DNA of 60,050 bases from an uncultured Gammaproteobacteria bacterium (GCA_964478235.1 CAYZGX010000006.1:1-60050); one strand, 5' to 3'. Positions 19,726-29,056 are shown, numbered from the stretch's first letter. The notes: a model not told the origin generated them from the letters alone. A program made the numbers and translations.

Positions 19726-20922
19726 ATGTTAGGATTTGGCAAAAAAGAAACAGCCCCGCTTGAAAAACCGATTGACGCTTCGGCTTCTGTTGCCGTCACT
19801 GCTATTCCTGCAGATTTTTATGGCGGAGCCAACCCAACAATTACTTTTAAGGAAGTTGCCAAGGTGATCACCGCTCGCGAAGAAGGCACAATGACGCCGG
19901 GCGATAAAAAGGCACTAGACACAGCCACCGCTGCCGGCTCTGGTGCGCCGCTCCATCCAGCAAACCTGGCAAGTAATCATAAAAAAATCGCCTTTCTCGG
20001 GGGCGGGTTGTTTATTTTATTCGTTGCTGGTGCAACTGGTTACTATCTCCTTACTGCCAAAAAACCAACACCAAAACCAGTGGCCAAAGCACCACAAATT
20101 GCCGTGCCAGTTGAGCCAGTTCCAGTTATCTCTTCAACGCCAGTCGTGGTTGAGCCAGTCGTTACCCCTCCGCCGCCACCAACAATCAGTGATGCGCGTT
20201 TAGAATTTCCGTCAATTCTGCTCGGTCGTTCGGCTGATCTTGATAACGACGGCCTCACCGATCTAGAAGAAGAGATTTTTTCCACTGACACAACTATCCC
20301 TGATACTGATGAAGATACACATACAGATGGTACAGAAGTTTTCTTCCTCTATAATCCAGATGGTAAAGAGCCTGTCCGCCTCATCGAAAGTCCAACTGTT
20401 AAAGAATATGTAAACCAAGCAGTTAATTATCGTTTGTATTACCCAGCTACTTGGCTAGCCGACTCAATTGATGCTGGTTTCTTGGATGTTTTGTTTAGCA
20501 CCACAAACGGTGATAATATTGAAGTCCGTGTTTTTGAAAAAGATAGTAATCAGTCTTTTGCTGACTGGTTTGCAGTCAATGCGCCACAAGAACAATATGG
20601 TAGTCTCGTTGATTTTGAAACTCGCTTTGGTGACAAAGCACTGCGCCGCTCAGATAAATTAGTTTACTACTTTGTTTCAGGGTCAAAAGTATATGTGATG
20701 GTGTATCACACCACCAACGCCACTATCGTGAGCTACCCAACAATTCTTGAAATGATGGCGCGCAGTTTCCGAGTTGATGGACAATCATTTGTTTTGCCTT
20801 CACAACAACCGCTGACAGTTATTCCAGAGCCGGCGCCAAATGAAGAAAGCGCAGTCGTTACCTCAACGCTTGAAACCGCCACTACTACAGAAGAAGTTCC
20901 TGCTACTGGTATTACCCTATGA
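19726..20922 (+). CDS. Membrane-anchored protein with Pro-rich linker, TSP3-like repeats and unknown C-terminal domain
   Basis: AAGGAGG 7 nt upstream. TM IAFLGGGLFILFVAGATGYYLL. DLDNDGLTDLEEEIF..DTDEDTHTDGTE. C-terminal domain of about 190 aa with no motif I recognise. Confidence 0.8.
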   Translation: MLGFGKKETAPLEKPIDASASVAVTAIPADFYGGANPTITFKEVAKVITAREEGTMTPGDKKALDTATAAGSGAPLHPANLASNHKKIAFLGGGLFILFVAGATGYYLLTAKKPTPKPVAKAPQIAVPVEPVPVISSTPVVVEPVVTPPPPPTISDARLEFPSILLGRSADLDNDGLTDLEEEIFSTDTTIPDTDEDTHTDGTEVFFLYNPDGKEPVRLIESPTVKEYVNQAVNYRLYYPATWLADSIDAGFLDVLFSTTNGDNIEVRVFEKDSNQSFADWFAVNAPQEQYGSLVDFETRFGDKALRRSDKLVYYFVSGSKVYVMVYHTTNATIVSYPTILEMMARSFRVDGQSFVLPSQQPLTVIPEPAPNEESAVVTSTLETATTTEEVPATGITL

Positions 20923-21350
20923 TCCGCGTCATCTTTGATTCCACTGTCGAGACCCCGATAACTAAAAAATTAGTTGAACATGTTGTTGTTGCTGCCAACC
21001 GGGTGGAGAAAAAAATTACCGGAGTGGTTGAAGTTACTATCGTTGGCGAAAAAAGAATTCGGCGTATCAACCGCGATTTTCGCGGTAAGGATAAAGTAAC
21101 CGATGTTATTTCGTTTGGTTGGCAAGAAGATAGTTTGGTGCCAAGCGATGTTCTCGGCGAAATCTATATCTGCTACAAACAAATAGAGCGACAGGCTAAG
21201 CATTTTAAATGCTCCACCAAAGAAGAATTTGCTCGTATGCTCGCGCATGGATTGCTCCATAGTGTTGGCTATGATCATATTTCCAAAAGTCAGGCGAGCC
21301 GAATGTTTCCCCTCCAAGAACGCATTGTTTCGTCAGTTATGAAATCCTAG
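20919..21350 (+). CDS. ybeY: rRNA maturation endoribonuclease YbeY
   Basis: Zinc motif HGLLHSVGYDH. 143 aa. ATGA start/stop overlap with the preceding gene. Confidence 0.9.
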   Translation: MIRVIFDSTVETPITKKLVEHVVVAANRVEKKITGVVEVTIVGEKRIRRINRDFRGKDKVTDVISFGWQEDSLVPSDVLGEIYICYKQIERQAKHFKCSTKEEFARMLAHGLLHSVGYDHISKSQASRMFPLQERIVSSVMKS

Positions 21351-21353
21351 TCT

Positions 21354-21719
21354 ATGAATATTCACCAGTTCACAAGTAGTCTGAGGCACGCTGGTCGGGG
21401 ATTGGTCTACGTCTTTAAAGGCGAGCAAAATTTTCGCCTCCAAACAGTCGGCGCTCTTTTGGTCATCGCTTGTATCATTGCTTTCCCCCTGTCCACCTGG
21501 GAGCGAATTCTCCTTTTAATTTTAGTGATGATGGTTCTCACGATGGAATTGGTTAATACCGCTCTTGAGCGCTTCACTGATTTGCTCAAACCGCGCCTTA
21601 ATTACTATGTGGGGACAATCAAGGATATTATGGCTGGAGCGGTCCTTATCACTTCGCTTGGAGCGGTGATTATTGGCGGAATTCTGCTTTTTCCGCACTT
21701 TATGACTTTGGTTAAATAG
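21354..21719 (+). CDS. dgkA: Diacylglycerol/undecaprenol kinase (prokaryotic DagK family)
   Basis: 121 aa, three TM segments, EQNFRLQ and ELVNTALERFTD motifs typical of DgkA. Confidence 0.8.
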   Translation: MNIHQFTSSLRHAGRGLVYVFKGEQNFRLQTVGALLVIACIIAFPLSTWERILLLILVMMVLTMELVNTALERFTDLLKPRLNYYVGTIKDIMAGAVLITSLGAVIIGGILLFPHFMTLVK

Positions 21720-21740
21720 TGTATACTACCCCCGTACTGT

Positions 21741-23009
21741 ATGAAGAAAGACCATCAACTTATCGCCGGTCTCGATATCGGATCCTCCACGGTCCGTATT
21801 GCTGTTGGTCAGGCTATGGCTACCAACGACATTGATCGAGGGGAAGAATTGCAAATACTCGGAGCTGGCGAAGTTCCGTCTGTTGGCGTTCACAAAGGGG
21901 TGGTTAATAGTATTGAAGATGTTGTTTCGTGTGTATCGGCTTGTCTAGAAGTCACCGAGCGCATGGTTGGTGTACCGATCAACTCTATTTGGGTTGGTAT
22001 TTCTGGTCTACATATCGTCTCTCAAACCAGTAAAGGCGTTGTGGCAGTCTCCAAAGCCGATAATGAAATTACTGAAGAAGATGTGGCTCGCGCTATCGAT
22101 GCGTCGCGCACTATTGCGACCCCGCTCAACTACGAAGTTCTTCATGTATTACCGCGCAGTTTTAGTATTGACGGGCAAAGCAAAGTCAAAGATCCGGTTG
22201 GTATGACGGGTATCCGCCTCGAAGTAGATTCTCAGATCATTCTTGGTTCATCTTCTCAAATTAAAAATCTCACTAAAGCTGTCTATAGAACAGGACTTAA
22301 TATTGATGATCTTGTTTTATCTATTCTTGCTACCGCCGAAGCTGTCATCACCCCTCGTCAAAAAGATATCGGGGTAGTGGTAGTTAATATCGGTGTATCA
22401 ACCACCAGTTTGGTAGTGTTTGAAGCGGGGGATATCCTCCACACAGCTATTTTGCCAATTGGCTCGGAACATATTACCAACGATATCGCAATCGGACTCC
22501 GCACTTCAATCGAAGTCGCTGAAGCAGTAAAAGTTGAATATGGCGACTGTGCTCCAGCCGAAGTTTCCAAACGTGAAGAAATCGACCTCTATGATCTTGG
22601 TGCTGCCGGACACGAAATGGTCAAAAAACAATACGTCAGCGAAATCATTGAAGCTCGGGTTGAAGAAATTCTCCAAAAAATCGACGCTGAACTGATGAAA
22701 ATTAAACGTAACGGGCTTTTGCCAGCTGGGGCTATCTTCACCGGCGGTGGTTCAAAATTACCAGGTCTGATTGAGACAGCCAAAAAAGTCTTGCGTTTGC
22801 CAGCTGTTCTTGGCTATCCGCTCCATGTGACAAGCGTCACCGACAAAGTCAACGATTTAGCTTTTTCCACAGCTGTCGGGCTCGTAAAATGGGGGAATAC
22901 CATGCAGGGCTACGGCTACACTGCTCGCCCTGACCGTGGCGGTTCAATGAAAAAGATGGGTCGGATGTCGAGCCAGCTTAAAAAATGGATTAAAACCCTG
23001 ATTCCGTAA
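21741..23009 (+). CDS. ftsA: Cell division protein FtsA
   Basis: Actin-fold signatures GLDIGSSTVRIAVG, VVVNIGVSTTSLVVF, FTGGGSKLPGL, and a C-terminal amphipathic tail. Confidence 0.92.
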   Translation: MKKDHQLIAGLDIGSSTVRIAVGQAMATNDIDRGEELQILGAGEVPSVGVHKGVVNSIEDVVSCVSACLEVTERMVGVPINSIWVGISGLHIVSQTSKGVVAVSKADNEITEEDVARAIDASRTIATPLNYEVLHVLPRSFSIDGQSKVKDPVGMTGIRLEVDSQIILGSSSQIKNLTKAVYRTGLNIDDLVLSILATAEAVITPRQKDIGVVVVNIGVSTTSLVVFEAGDILHTAILPIGSEHITNDIAIGLRTSIEVAEAVKVEYGDCAPAEVSKREEIDLYDLGAAGHEMVKKQYVSEIIEARVEEILQKIDAELMKIKRNGLLPAGAIFTGGGSKLPGLIETAKKVLRLPAVLGYPLHVTSVTDKVNDLAFSTAVGLVKWGNTMQGYGYTARPDRGGSMKKMGRMSSQLKKWIKTLIP

Positions 23010-23018
23010 GACTTTTAG

Positions 23019-23048
23019 CTTGACAGTGCGGAACGAAAGACGATACAC
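23019..23048 (+). promoter_or_regulatory. Candidate promoter upstream of ftsZ
   Basis: TTGACA (23019-23024), 18 nt, TACACT (23043-23048). Confidence 0.4.
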
Positions 23049-23146
23049 TAGAGTGCGTAGCTCGGCTCTAGTTTTTGTAATACTGACCGAATGAATACAA
23101 AATGTATTCATGAGCCAGCCCTTACTTGATATATAAGCAATGTTTT

Positions 23147-24388
23147 ATGCCACAAGTTAAACCTGATATTGAAGCTTTTGCAAAAATTAAAGTAGTTGGT
23201 GTGGGCGGTTCTGGCGGTTCGGCGGTGAATCGTATGGTGGCGAGTAAAATTCGCGGTGTTGAGTTTGTTGTTATGAACACCGATATTCAAGCGCTCCATC
23301 ATAATAGTGCTCCAACCAAAATTCATATTGGTAAAAGTGTTACTCGTGGCCTTGGTGCTGGTATGGATCCAGAAATTGGTCGCAAAGCTGCCGAAGAAGC
23401 TCAGAACGAAATTCGCGAAGCCCTCAAAGATTCTGATATGGTGTTCATCACCTGTGGTATGGGTGGCGGGACTGGTTCTGGCGCTGCGCCAATTGTCGCT
23501 GAGGTCGCCAAAGAAATGGGTGCGCTCACTGTCGCTGTCGTTACCAAGCCATTTTCATTTGAAGGACCACAGCGTAGTTCTATCGCGAGCAAAGCTTGGG
23601 AAGAGTTGGCAAAAAATGTTGACACCATCATCACTATTCCCAACGATCGTATTTTACAAGTGATTGATAAAAAAACAACTTTGCTTGATTCGTTTAAAAT
23701 TGTTGATGATATTTTGCGCCAAGGTGTGCAAGGTATTTCTGAGCTCATCACTATCCCTGGTCTTATCAATGTGGACTTCGCTGATGTGCGCACTATTATG
23801 CGCGACACGGGCTCGGCTCTTATGGGTATTGGGACTGGTACTGGTGAAAATCGAGCGATTGAAGCTGCCAAAATGGCAATCTCCAGCCCACTTCTTGAGT
23901 TATCCATCGACGGAGCTCACGGTATTCTCTTTACTATCACCGGCGGCCCTGATCTCACCATGAACGAAGTAAGTGAAGCTGCTAAAATTATCACTTCTTC
24001 AGCTTCGTCTGATGCTAAGATTATTTTTGGTGCCATTATTGATGAATCCATGACTGGTAGCATGCGTATCAGTGTTGTGGCCACAGGTTTTGATGATCGT
24101 CGTCCAAGCATTCTCAAAGATGACGAGTCAACCGGTCAGTCACTTTTCACCGCTGGTAAATATATGCCAAGCACTTTCCTCCGCAAGGCTCAAAAAGAAG
24201 AAGAGGAAGAAGAAAAACGTTTTAAAAACTTCACTCAAAAAAATCAGCCGATCACGCCTCCTCGTCCTGAGCCATCAGTGGCTAATTCGGTGAATATGAA
24301 TCAGGTACCAAGCGCCACTCCGGCCAAGACCAGCGCCGATGATGAAATTGAAATCCCAGCTTTTATCCGCCGTAAAATGGGTATGTAA
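23147..24388 (+). CDS. ftsZ: Cell division GTPase FtsZ
   Basis: Tubulin signature GGGTGSGAAP, NTDIQAL, acidic linker EEEEEEK, and C-terminal peptide DDEIEIPAFIRRK. First ATG at 23147 (ORF track starts at TTG 23126). Confidence 0.95.
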   Translation: MPQVKPDIEAFAKIKVVGVGGSGGSAVNRMVASKIRGVEFVVMNTDIQALHHNSAPTKIHIGKSVTRGLGAGMDPEIGRKAAEEAQNEIREALKDSDMVFITCGMGGGTGSGAAPIVAEVAKEMGALTVAVVTKPFSFEGPQRSSIASKAWEELAKNVDTIITIPNDRILQVIDKKTTLLDSFKIVDDILRQGVQGISELITIPGLINVDFADVRTIMRDTGSALMGIGTGTGENRAIEAAKMAISSPLLELSIDGAHGILFTITGGPDLTMNEVSEAAKIITSSASSDAKIIFGAIIDESMTGSMRISVVATGFDDRRPSILKDDESTGQSLFTAGKYMPSTFLRKAQKEEEEEEKRFKNFTQKNQPITPPRPEPSVANSVNMNQVPSATPAKTSADDEIEIPAFIRRKMGM

Positions 24389-24396
24389 CCCGCCTT

Positions 24397-24852
24397 ATGC
24401 GTTGCCCGGTTTGCAATCATCCTGATGTCAGTGTTGTCGATACCAGGTCTGCCGAAGACGACTTGGCGGTGCGCCGTCGTCGTGAATGCGAAAAATGCCT
24501 CTATCGCTTTTCAACATTCGAAGAAATTGAACTGTTGGATATTATCGTTGTAAAACAAAACGGCGAGCGCCAGAGTTATATGCGCGAAAAAGTAGAGAAT
24601 GGTATTCGCCGTTCGCTCACTAAGCGTCCTTACACCCAAGAAAAATTTCGTCGCCTCATCCATAATTTAGAGCGCGATATTCAAAAAAAACGTCGCCGTG
24701 AAATCGCTAGCAAAGAAATTGGCGAACTTGTAATGAAACATTTAAGCACCTTTGATAAAGTCGCCTACATTCGTTTTTCGAGCGTCTACCGCGATTTCAA
24801 AGATGTTAAGACATTTGAACGAGAGCTGAAAAAGATTAATAAAAAAGTATAA
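24397..24852 (+). CDS. nrdR: Transcriptional repressor NrdR
   Basis: Zinc ribbon MRCPVCNH..CEKC followed by an ATP-cone region. 151 aa. Confidence 0.92.
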   Translation: MRCPVCNHPDVSVVDTRSAEDDLAVRRRRECEKCLYRFSTFEEIELLDIIVVKQNGERQSYMREKVENGIRRSLTKRPYTQEKFRRLIHNLERDIQKKRRREIASKEIGELVMKHLSTFDKVAYIRFSSVYRDFKDVKTFERELKKINKKV

Positions 24853-24861
24853 GGCACGGCT

Positions 24862-25287
24862 ATGTATAAGCACGAAAAAAAACCTACAGCAGTTGCCTCG
24901 GAAGTGATAGGCGCAGAAGTCTCTAACGAAGCTCCGCTTACTTCGCTATCAAAAAAAGCGACACCAGAAGAAATTCATGAATTGCTAGAAAAGAATTTGA
25001 AGTGGTCGCAGATTATTTACGAACAAAACAGAAAAATTTCTCACACGCTCATGTGGTCGGCGGTCGCGAGCTGGTTGCGCTTTTTGATTATCGCTGTTCC
25101 TTTTGCGTTAGCTATTATTTACCTTCCTTCCTTCCTCCGGACATTTGAACAGAAATACGGTGCTTGGCTTAAAGTTTTTCAAAATCCAGCTAGTGCAGTT
25201 GTCTCGCCACCAGCTATTCAAGATCTCGTTAATTTATTACCACTCACTGATTCTCAGCGTGAGCAGGTAAAAGCCATGATGAAATAA
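24862..25287 (+). CDS. Hypothetical membrane protein
   Basis: 141-aa ORF with one or two hydrophobic helices (MWSAVASWLRFLIIAVPFALAIIYL). No family motif recognised. Confidence 0.6.
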   Translation: MYKHEKKPTAVASEVIGAEVSNEAPLTSLSKKATPEEIHELLEKNLKWSQIIYEQNRKISHTLMWSAVASWLRFLIIAVPFALAIIYLPSFLRTFEQKYGAWLKVFQNPASAVVSPPAIQDLVNLLPLTDSQREQVKAMMK

Positions 25288-25309
25288 ATTTAGTCGTTGA
25301 AGGAGAACT

Positions 25310-26746
25310 ATGTTTAAACATACAAAAATTGGGGCAACTATTGGACCGTCATGCGACAGTGCTAGCATACTCGAAAAAATGGTGAAGTCAGGCATGAACT
25401 TCGCTCGTCTTAATTTTGCGCATGGGACTTATCCGTCGCACACGAAACTTATCAAAACAATTCGCGCGGTGGAGAAAAAAACCGGCGAACCAGTAGCGAT
25501 TTTGCAAGATCTCCAAGGTCCGCGTATTCGTGTCGGCACGCTGCCTGAAGCGGGGATAGTGACAAAAGTTGGTCAAAAAGTCACTTTCGACACTTCGATT
25601 AAAGACTATGCTGGTAAAGCGATTCCTGTTGACCACAAAGAGCTTCATCGGTTTATCAAAAAAGATCACCGTATTTTAATTGACGATGGTCGAGTAGAGG
25701 CAGTGACTATTAAAGTTGTCGGCACGGTAGTGACCGCTAAAATCGTTCAAGCCGATCTCATTAAATCTCACAAAGGGATTAATCTGCCAGATAGTCATGT
25801 AGCTATTCCGGCTTTGAGTGACAAGGATAGATCAGATTTACATTTTGGTGTTCTCGCTGGTGTTGATATGGTTGGCCTATCGTTTGTTAGTTCTCCAAAA
25901 GATATTCACGATGTTAGAAAATTAATTGCTGAAATTGCTAAAAAAGAAAAAATAACTTTACAGCCAATTGCAATTATCGCCAAAATTGAACGAGTTGAGG
26001 CGGTAGCAGCCATTGCTGAAATTGTTGAATCAGCCGACGGTGTCATGGTTGCTCGGGGCGATCTAGGGCTCGAGCTTCCAACGGGTGAAGTGCCGGTTAT
26101 TCAAAAAAGAATTATTGAAGAAGCTAATCGCCAAGCCAAGCCGGTGATTGTGGCAACACAACTCCTCAACTCAATGCAAACCAGTCGTCGCCCGACTCGC
26201 GCTGAAGCTTCTGATGTTGCTAACGCTGTAATTGATCATGCTGACGCATTACTTCTTACCAATGAAACAGCCAGCGGTGACTACCCAGTTTTAGCAGTCA
26301 AAACAATGTCTGATATTATCAGGTCGACCGAATCGTCAGTCTATGATGATCTGCCGTTTATTCCAACGTATAAAAAGAATCTGCCAATTGATACCGTGCT
26401 TGCGAACGCAGTTCGCCTCATGACTGATGAAACAGATATTCATGCTGTGGTCGCAGCCTCAAACGACGGCATGATTGCTCGACTCCTAAGTCACGTGCGT
26501 TCTGAAGTTCCAGTATTTGTAGCCACGACGACAACTATTTTGTGGCGACAGCTCAACATGTTGTGGGGTGTTATGCCGGTAAAACTACCAAGCTATGAGG
26601 CAACAGCTGATAAAAGTTTGCAGAAAATAATAAAAACGCTTGTAAAAAATAAACAACTTAAGAAAAAACAAAATATTCTAGCAGTTATTGGTGAACCAAT
26701 CGGCGAGACCGAAGCGGTCGATATGATTGAAATAAAAAATGTCTAA
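25310..26746 (+). CDS. pyk: Pyruvate kinase
   Basis: TKIGATIGPS, MNFARLNFAHG, ILQDLQGPRIR, MVARGDLGLELP, VIVATQLLNSM. GAAGGAG 6 nt upstream. Confidence 0.93.
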   Translation: MFKHTKIGATIGPSCDSASILEKMVKSGMNFARLNFAHGTYPSHTKLIKTIRAVEKKTGEPVAILQDLQGPRIRVGTLPEAGIVTKVGQKVTFDTSIKDYAGKAIPVDHKELHRFIKKDHRILIDDGRVEAVTIKVVGTVVTAKIVQADLIKSHKGINLPDSHVAIPALSDKDRSDLHFGVLAGVDMVGLSFVSSPKDIHDVRKLIAEIAKKEKITLQPIAIIAKIERVEAVAAIAEIVESADGVMVARGDLGLELPTGEVPVIQKRIIEEANRQAKPVIVATQLLNSMQTSRRPTRAEASDVANAVIDHADALLLTNETASGDYPVLAVKTMSDIIRSTESSVYDDLPFIPTYKKNLPIDTVLANAVRLMTDETDIHAVVAASNDGMIARLLSHVRSEVPVFVATTTTILWRQLNMLWGVMPVKLPSYEATADKSLQKIIKTLVKNKQLKKKQNILAVIGEPIGETEAVDMIEIKNV

Positions 26747-26748
26747 CT

Positions 26749-26779
26749 AAAAACCCCGACCAGTTGGCCGGGGTTTTTG
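26749..26779. terminator. Bidirectional intrinsic terminator between pyk and glyA
   Basis: AAAAA-CCCCGACC-AGTT-GGCCGGGG-TTTTT between convergent genes. Confidence 0.65.
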
Positions 26780-26781
26780 TT

Positions 26782-28029
26782 TTACATGAGAGTAGGGTAG
26801 AGAGGGAAACGCTTCATAAGCTCTTTGACTTCAGAGCGGATGCTCGCCAGCACAGTGTCGTCGGAGTGATTCATAAGTGCTTTATCAATCCAGCCCGCCA
26901 CCAATTCCATTTCAGCTTCTTTGAGCCCGCGAGTGGTAATCGCTGGTGTGCCGAGACGAATACCAGATGGATCCATCGGTGAGCGAGGGTCGTCGGGAAT
27001 CATATTCTTGTTGACGGTAATACCAGCTTTATCAAGAGCGATTTGGCCAATTTTACCGGTGAGACCTTTGGTGGTTACATCGATCAATAATAGATGGTTG
27101 TCGGTGCCGCCGTGGCATAAGGTGTAACCTTTTTCACGGAATACTCGCTCCAAGACTTTGGCATTCTTTTTAATCTGATTAGCGTAGTCCTTGAAAGCTG
27201 GTTCAAGCGCTTCTTTGAAAGCCACCGCTTTGGCAGCAATATTATTTTCGTGTGGGCCACCTTGGAGGCCAGGGAAGACAGCTTTATCAATTGCCGGAGC
27301 ATGAACCGCTTTGCACATAATCATCCCGCCACGAGGGCCACGAAGGGTCTTGTGAGTTGTAGTAGTGACGACATCAAAGAGGGGTACTGGGTTATTCATT
27401 TGTCCGCCAGCAATCAAGCCGGCGATATGAGCAATATCAGCCATAGTGAGAGCACCGACCTCGTCAGCGATTTTTTTAATTTCAGCATAGTCAATTTCAC
27501 GAGAATACGCCGAGTAGCCAACTAAAATCATTTTTGGTTTGTGCTCTAGCGCCATTGCTCGCAAATTGTCCAAATCAATTTTTCCTTCAGCATTTGTTTT
27601 ATAGCGGATGAAATTAAAAATCTTGGCCATCGCAGTCACCGGATGTCCGTGGGTCAAATGTCCACCGTGTGACAAGTCCATACCAAGAATAGTGTCGCCT
27701 GGTTTGAGGAGAGCGAAGTACACTGCAATATTAGCTGGCGCGCCAGAGAGTGGTTGTACATTAACATGTTCAGCTCCAAAAAGTTGTTTGGCGCGGTCAA
27801 TCGCTAACTGCTCCACTTCGTCAATAAATTCACAACCGCCATAGTAGCGTTTGCCAACATATCCTTCGGAGTATTTGTTGGTTAAAACTGAGCCAAGCGC
27901 TTCCAAGACAGCGGGGGATACAAAATTTTCAGACGGAATCATCTCCAGTCCTTCTTCTTGGCGTTCCTGTTCGAGTTTAATACTTTTTAAAATAGCTGGG
28001 TCAAAATCTTTGAGAGTATGGGTGTACAT
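26782..28029 (-). CDS. glyA: Serine hydroxymethyltransferase
   Basis: SHGGHLTHG and PLP-lysine box [14 protein letters not shown]. 415 aa. Confidence 0.95.
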   Translation of the reverse strand: MYTHTLKDFDPAILKSIKLEQERQEEGLEMIPSENFVSPAVLEALGSVLTNKYSEGYVGKRYYGGCEFIDEVEQLAIDRAKQLFGAEHVNVQPLSGAPANIAVYFALLKPGDTILGMDLSHGGHLTHGHPVTAMAKIFNFIRYKTNAEGKIDLDNLRAMALEHKPKMILVGYSAYSREIDYAEIKKIADEVGALTMADIAHIAGLIAGGQMNNPVPLFDVVTTTTHKTLRGPRGGMIMCKAVHAPAIDKAVFPGLQGGPHENNIAAKAVAFKEALEPAFKDYANQIKKNAKVLERVFREKGYTLCHGGTDNHLLLIDVTTKGLTGKIGQIALDKAGITVNKNMIPDDPRSPMDPSGIRLGTPAITTRGLKEAEMELVAGWIDKALMNHSDDTVLASIRSEVKELMKRFPLYPTLM

Positions 28030-28231
28030 AAAAAATAGCCACTGCTGAATAAATCCTCCTCAAAAGTACACGATTTAGATCATACGAAAGGGTTAGAATG
28101 GGATTATAGTAACATTAACTATCTGTAGAAGCAATAGGTTGTTTTGGTTGACTTTATAAACCTCAACAGCTAGTATTAAAGTAAGAAGTCAAGCGATTCA
28201 TTTCACCCTTTTTCCTCGCAGGAGGTTGGTC

Positions 28232-28441
28232 ATGGGTCGACAATTGGAAAAAAACACGAAAAGTAAAGTAAGGCTGAACATTGGCAGGCTTCTGACCTTC
28301 AGAAGTGTGGTTCCGCTCAAGCCCCGGAAATCTGTGGAGGAGATGACTTGGGCCGACATCACTGTCAGTACCTTGTGTCCCACCCAAGCGGAGCTCGAGG
28401 ATGCCAAGCGCCGCCACCCCGAACGCTACGCGTCCGACTGA
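28232..28441 (+). CDS. Small GC-rich hypothetical protein (69 aa)
   Basis: ATG preceded by GGAGG at a 6-nt spacing, and composition is GC-rich relative to the flanks. No family recognised, and overlapping antisense ORFs make coding uncertain. Confidence 0.4.
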   Translation: MGRQLEKNTKSKVRLNIGRLLTFRSVVPLKPRKSVEEMTWADITVSTLCPTQAELEDAKRRHPERYASD

Positions 28442-28467
28442 CTGAGAATTCTATTTTTCGGGCGCGA

Positions 28468-28531
28468 CTACCCATCAGGTCGTCTCGCTCACTTTGCCCA
28501 GAATACTTCTGGGTAGAGTGAGGACGACCTG
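28468..28531 (+). other. Long structured RNA/DNA element with alternative pairing
   Basis: CAGGTCGTC(28476-84)+CTCACT(28488-93) pairs with AGTGAG(28517-22)+GACGACCTG(28523-31), enclosing CCCAG/CTGGG. The 5' CTACCCA (28468-74) is a perfect complement of TGGGTAG (28510-16). Confidence 0.4.
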
Positions 28532-28535
28532 TAAA

Positions 28536-28559
28536 ACAACCCTTGAGTGGGTTGTTTTT
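28536..28559 (+). terminator. Intrinsic terminator
   Basis: ACAACCC / GGGTTGT stem, loop TTGAGT, T-run. Confidence 0.55.
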
Positions 28560-28646
28560 GTATATAAAACTTTATCTTTTCTTTATCTAGGATTTGGTAG
28601 GCTACCCATCGTTGACGCCTTAGCGTTAACTTTATATACTAACCCT

Positions 28647-29024
28647 ATGAAAAAGCCCACAACGACAGCCGAGCCAAAAATGATGGAAGTTCTCATTGAA
28701 TACACTGAGACTTTTTTGATGCCTCTCCTCGATGAGCGGTTTGGAATGATAGATAAAAAGTTTGAAGCAGTAGATAGTCGTTTTAAGTCAATAGATCAGG
28801 GGTTTGTAAATATGCAACAAGAATTCAAGGTTGAATTAGGTCTGTTTAGACATGAGTTAAAAGACTATATCAACACTAAGCTCGCCGATACGACCGCCGA
28901 TCTTATTAAGCGATTAGACAGGCGAGAAAAAGCTATCAAATTTGAACGAAAAGTCACCTCTATCTTTAAAGAAAATCACATTGGTACCAAAAAAGACATT
29001 GCCTATCTAGAAAGTCTTGCCTAA
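28647..29024 (+). CDS. Hypothetical coiled-coil protein
   Basis: Most plausible start is ATG 28647 (MKKPTTTAEP..). The upstream part of the tracked ORF overlaps the terminator/hairpin region. Heptad-like charged sequence, no family recognised. Confidence 0.55.
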   Translation: MKKPTTTAEPKMMEVLIEYTETFLMPLLDERFGMIDKKFEAVDSRFKSIDQGFVNMQQEFKVELGLFRHELKDYINTKLADTTADLIKRLDRREKAIKFERKVTSIFKENHIGTKKDIAYLESLA

Positions 29025-29026
29025 CT

Positions 29027-29056
29027 AAAAAAGCTCCTTAATCAGGGAGCTTTTTT
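29027..29056. terminator. Bidirectional terminator between convergent genes
   Basis: AAAAAAGCTCC-TTAATCAG-GGAGCTTTTTT. Confidence 0.6.

Noticed and set aside
28468-28531. HDV-like ribozyme (the A-B-A'-B' pairing order suggested a nested double pseudoknot)
   Set aside because: A simple extended hairpin explains most of the pairing. P1 would not start with the usual G forming a G-U wobble, and no P1.1/P3/L3 or catalytic-C context could be identified.
28494-28646. N-terminal 51 codons of tracked ORF 28494..29024
   Set aside because: This stretch overlaps the hairpin/terminator element and an AT-rich promoter-like stretch. ATG 28647 gives a sensible N-terminus.
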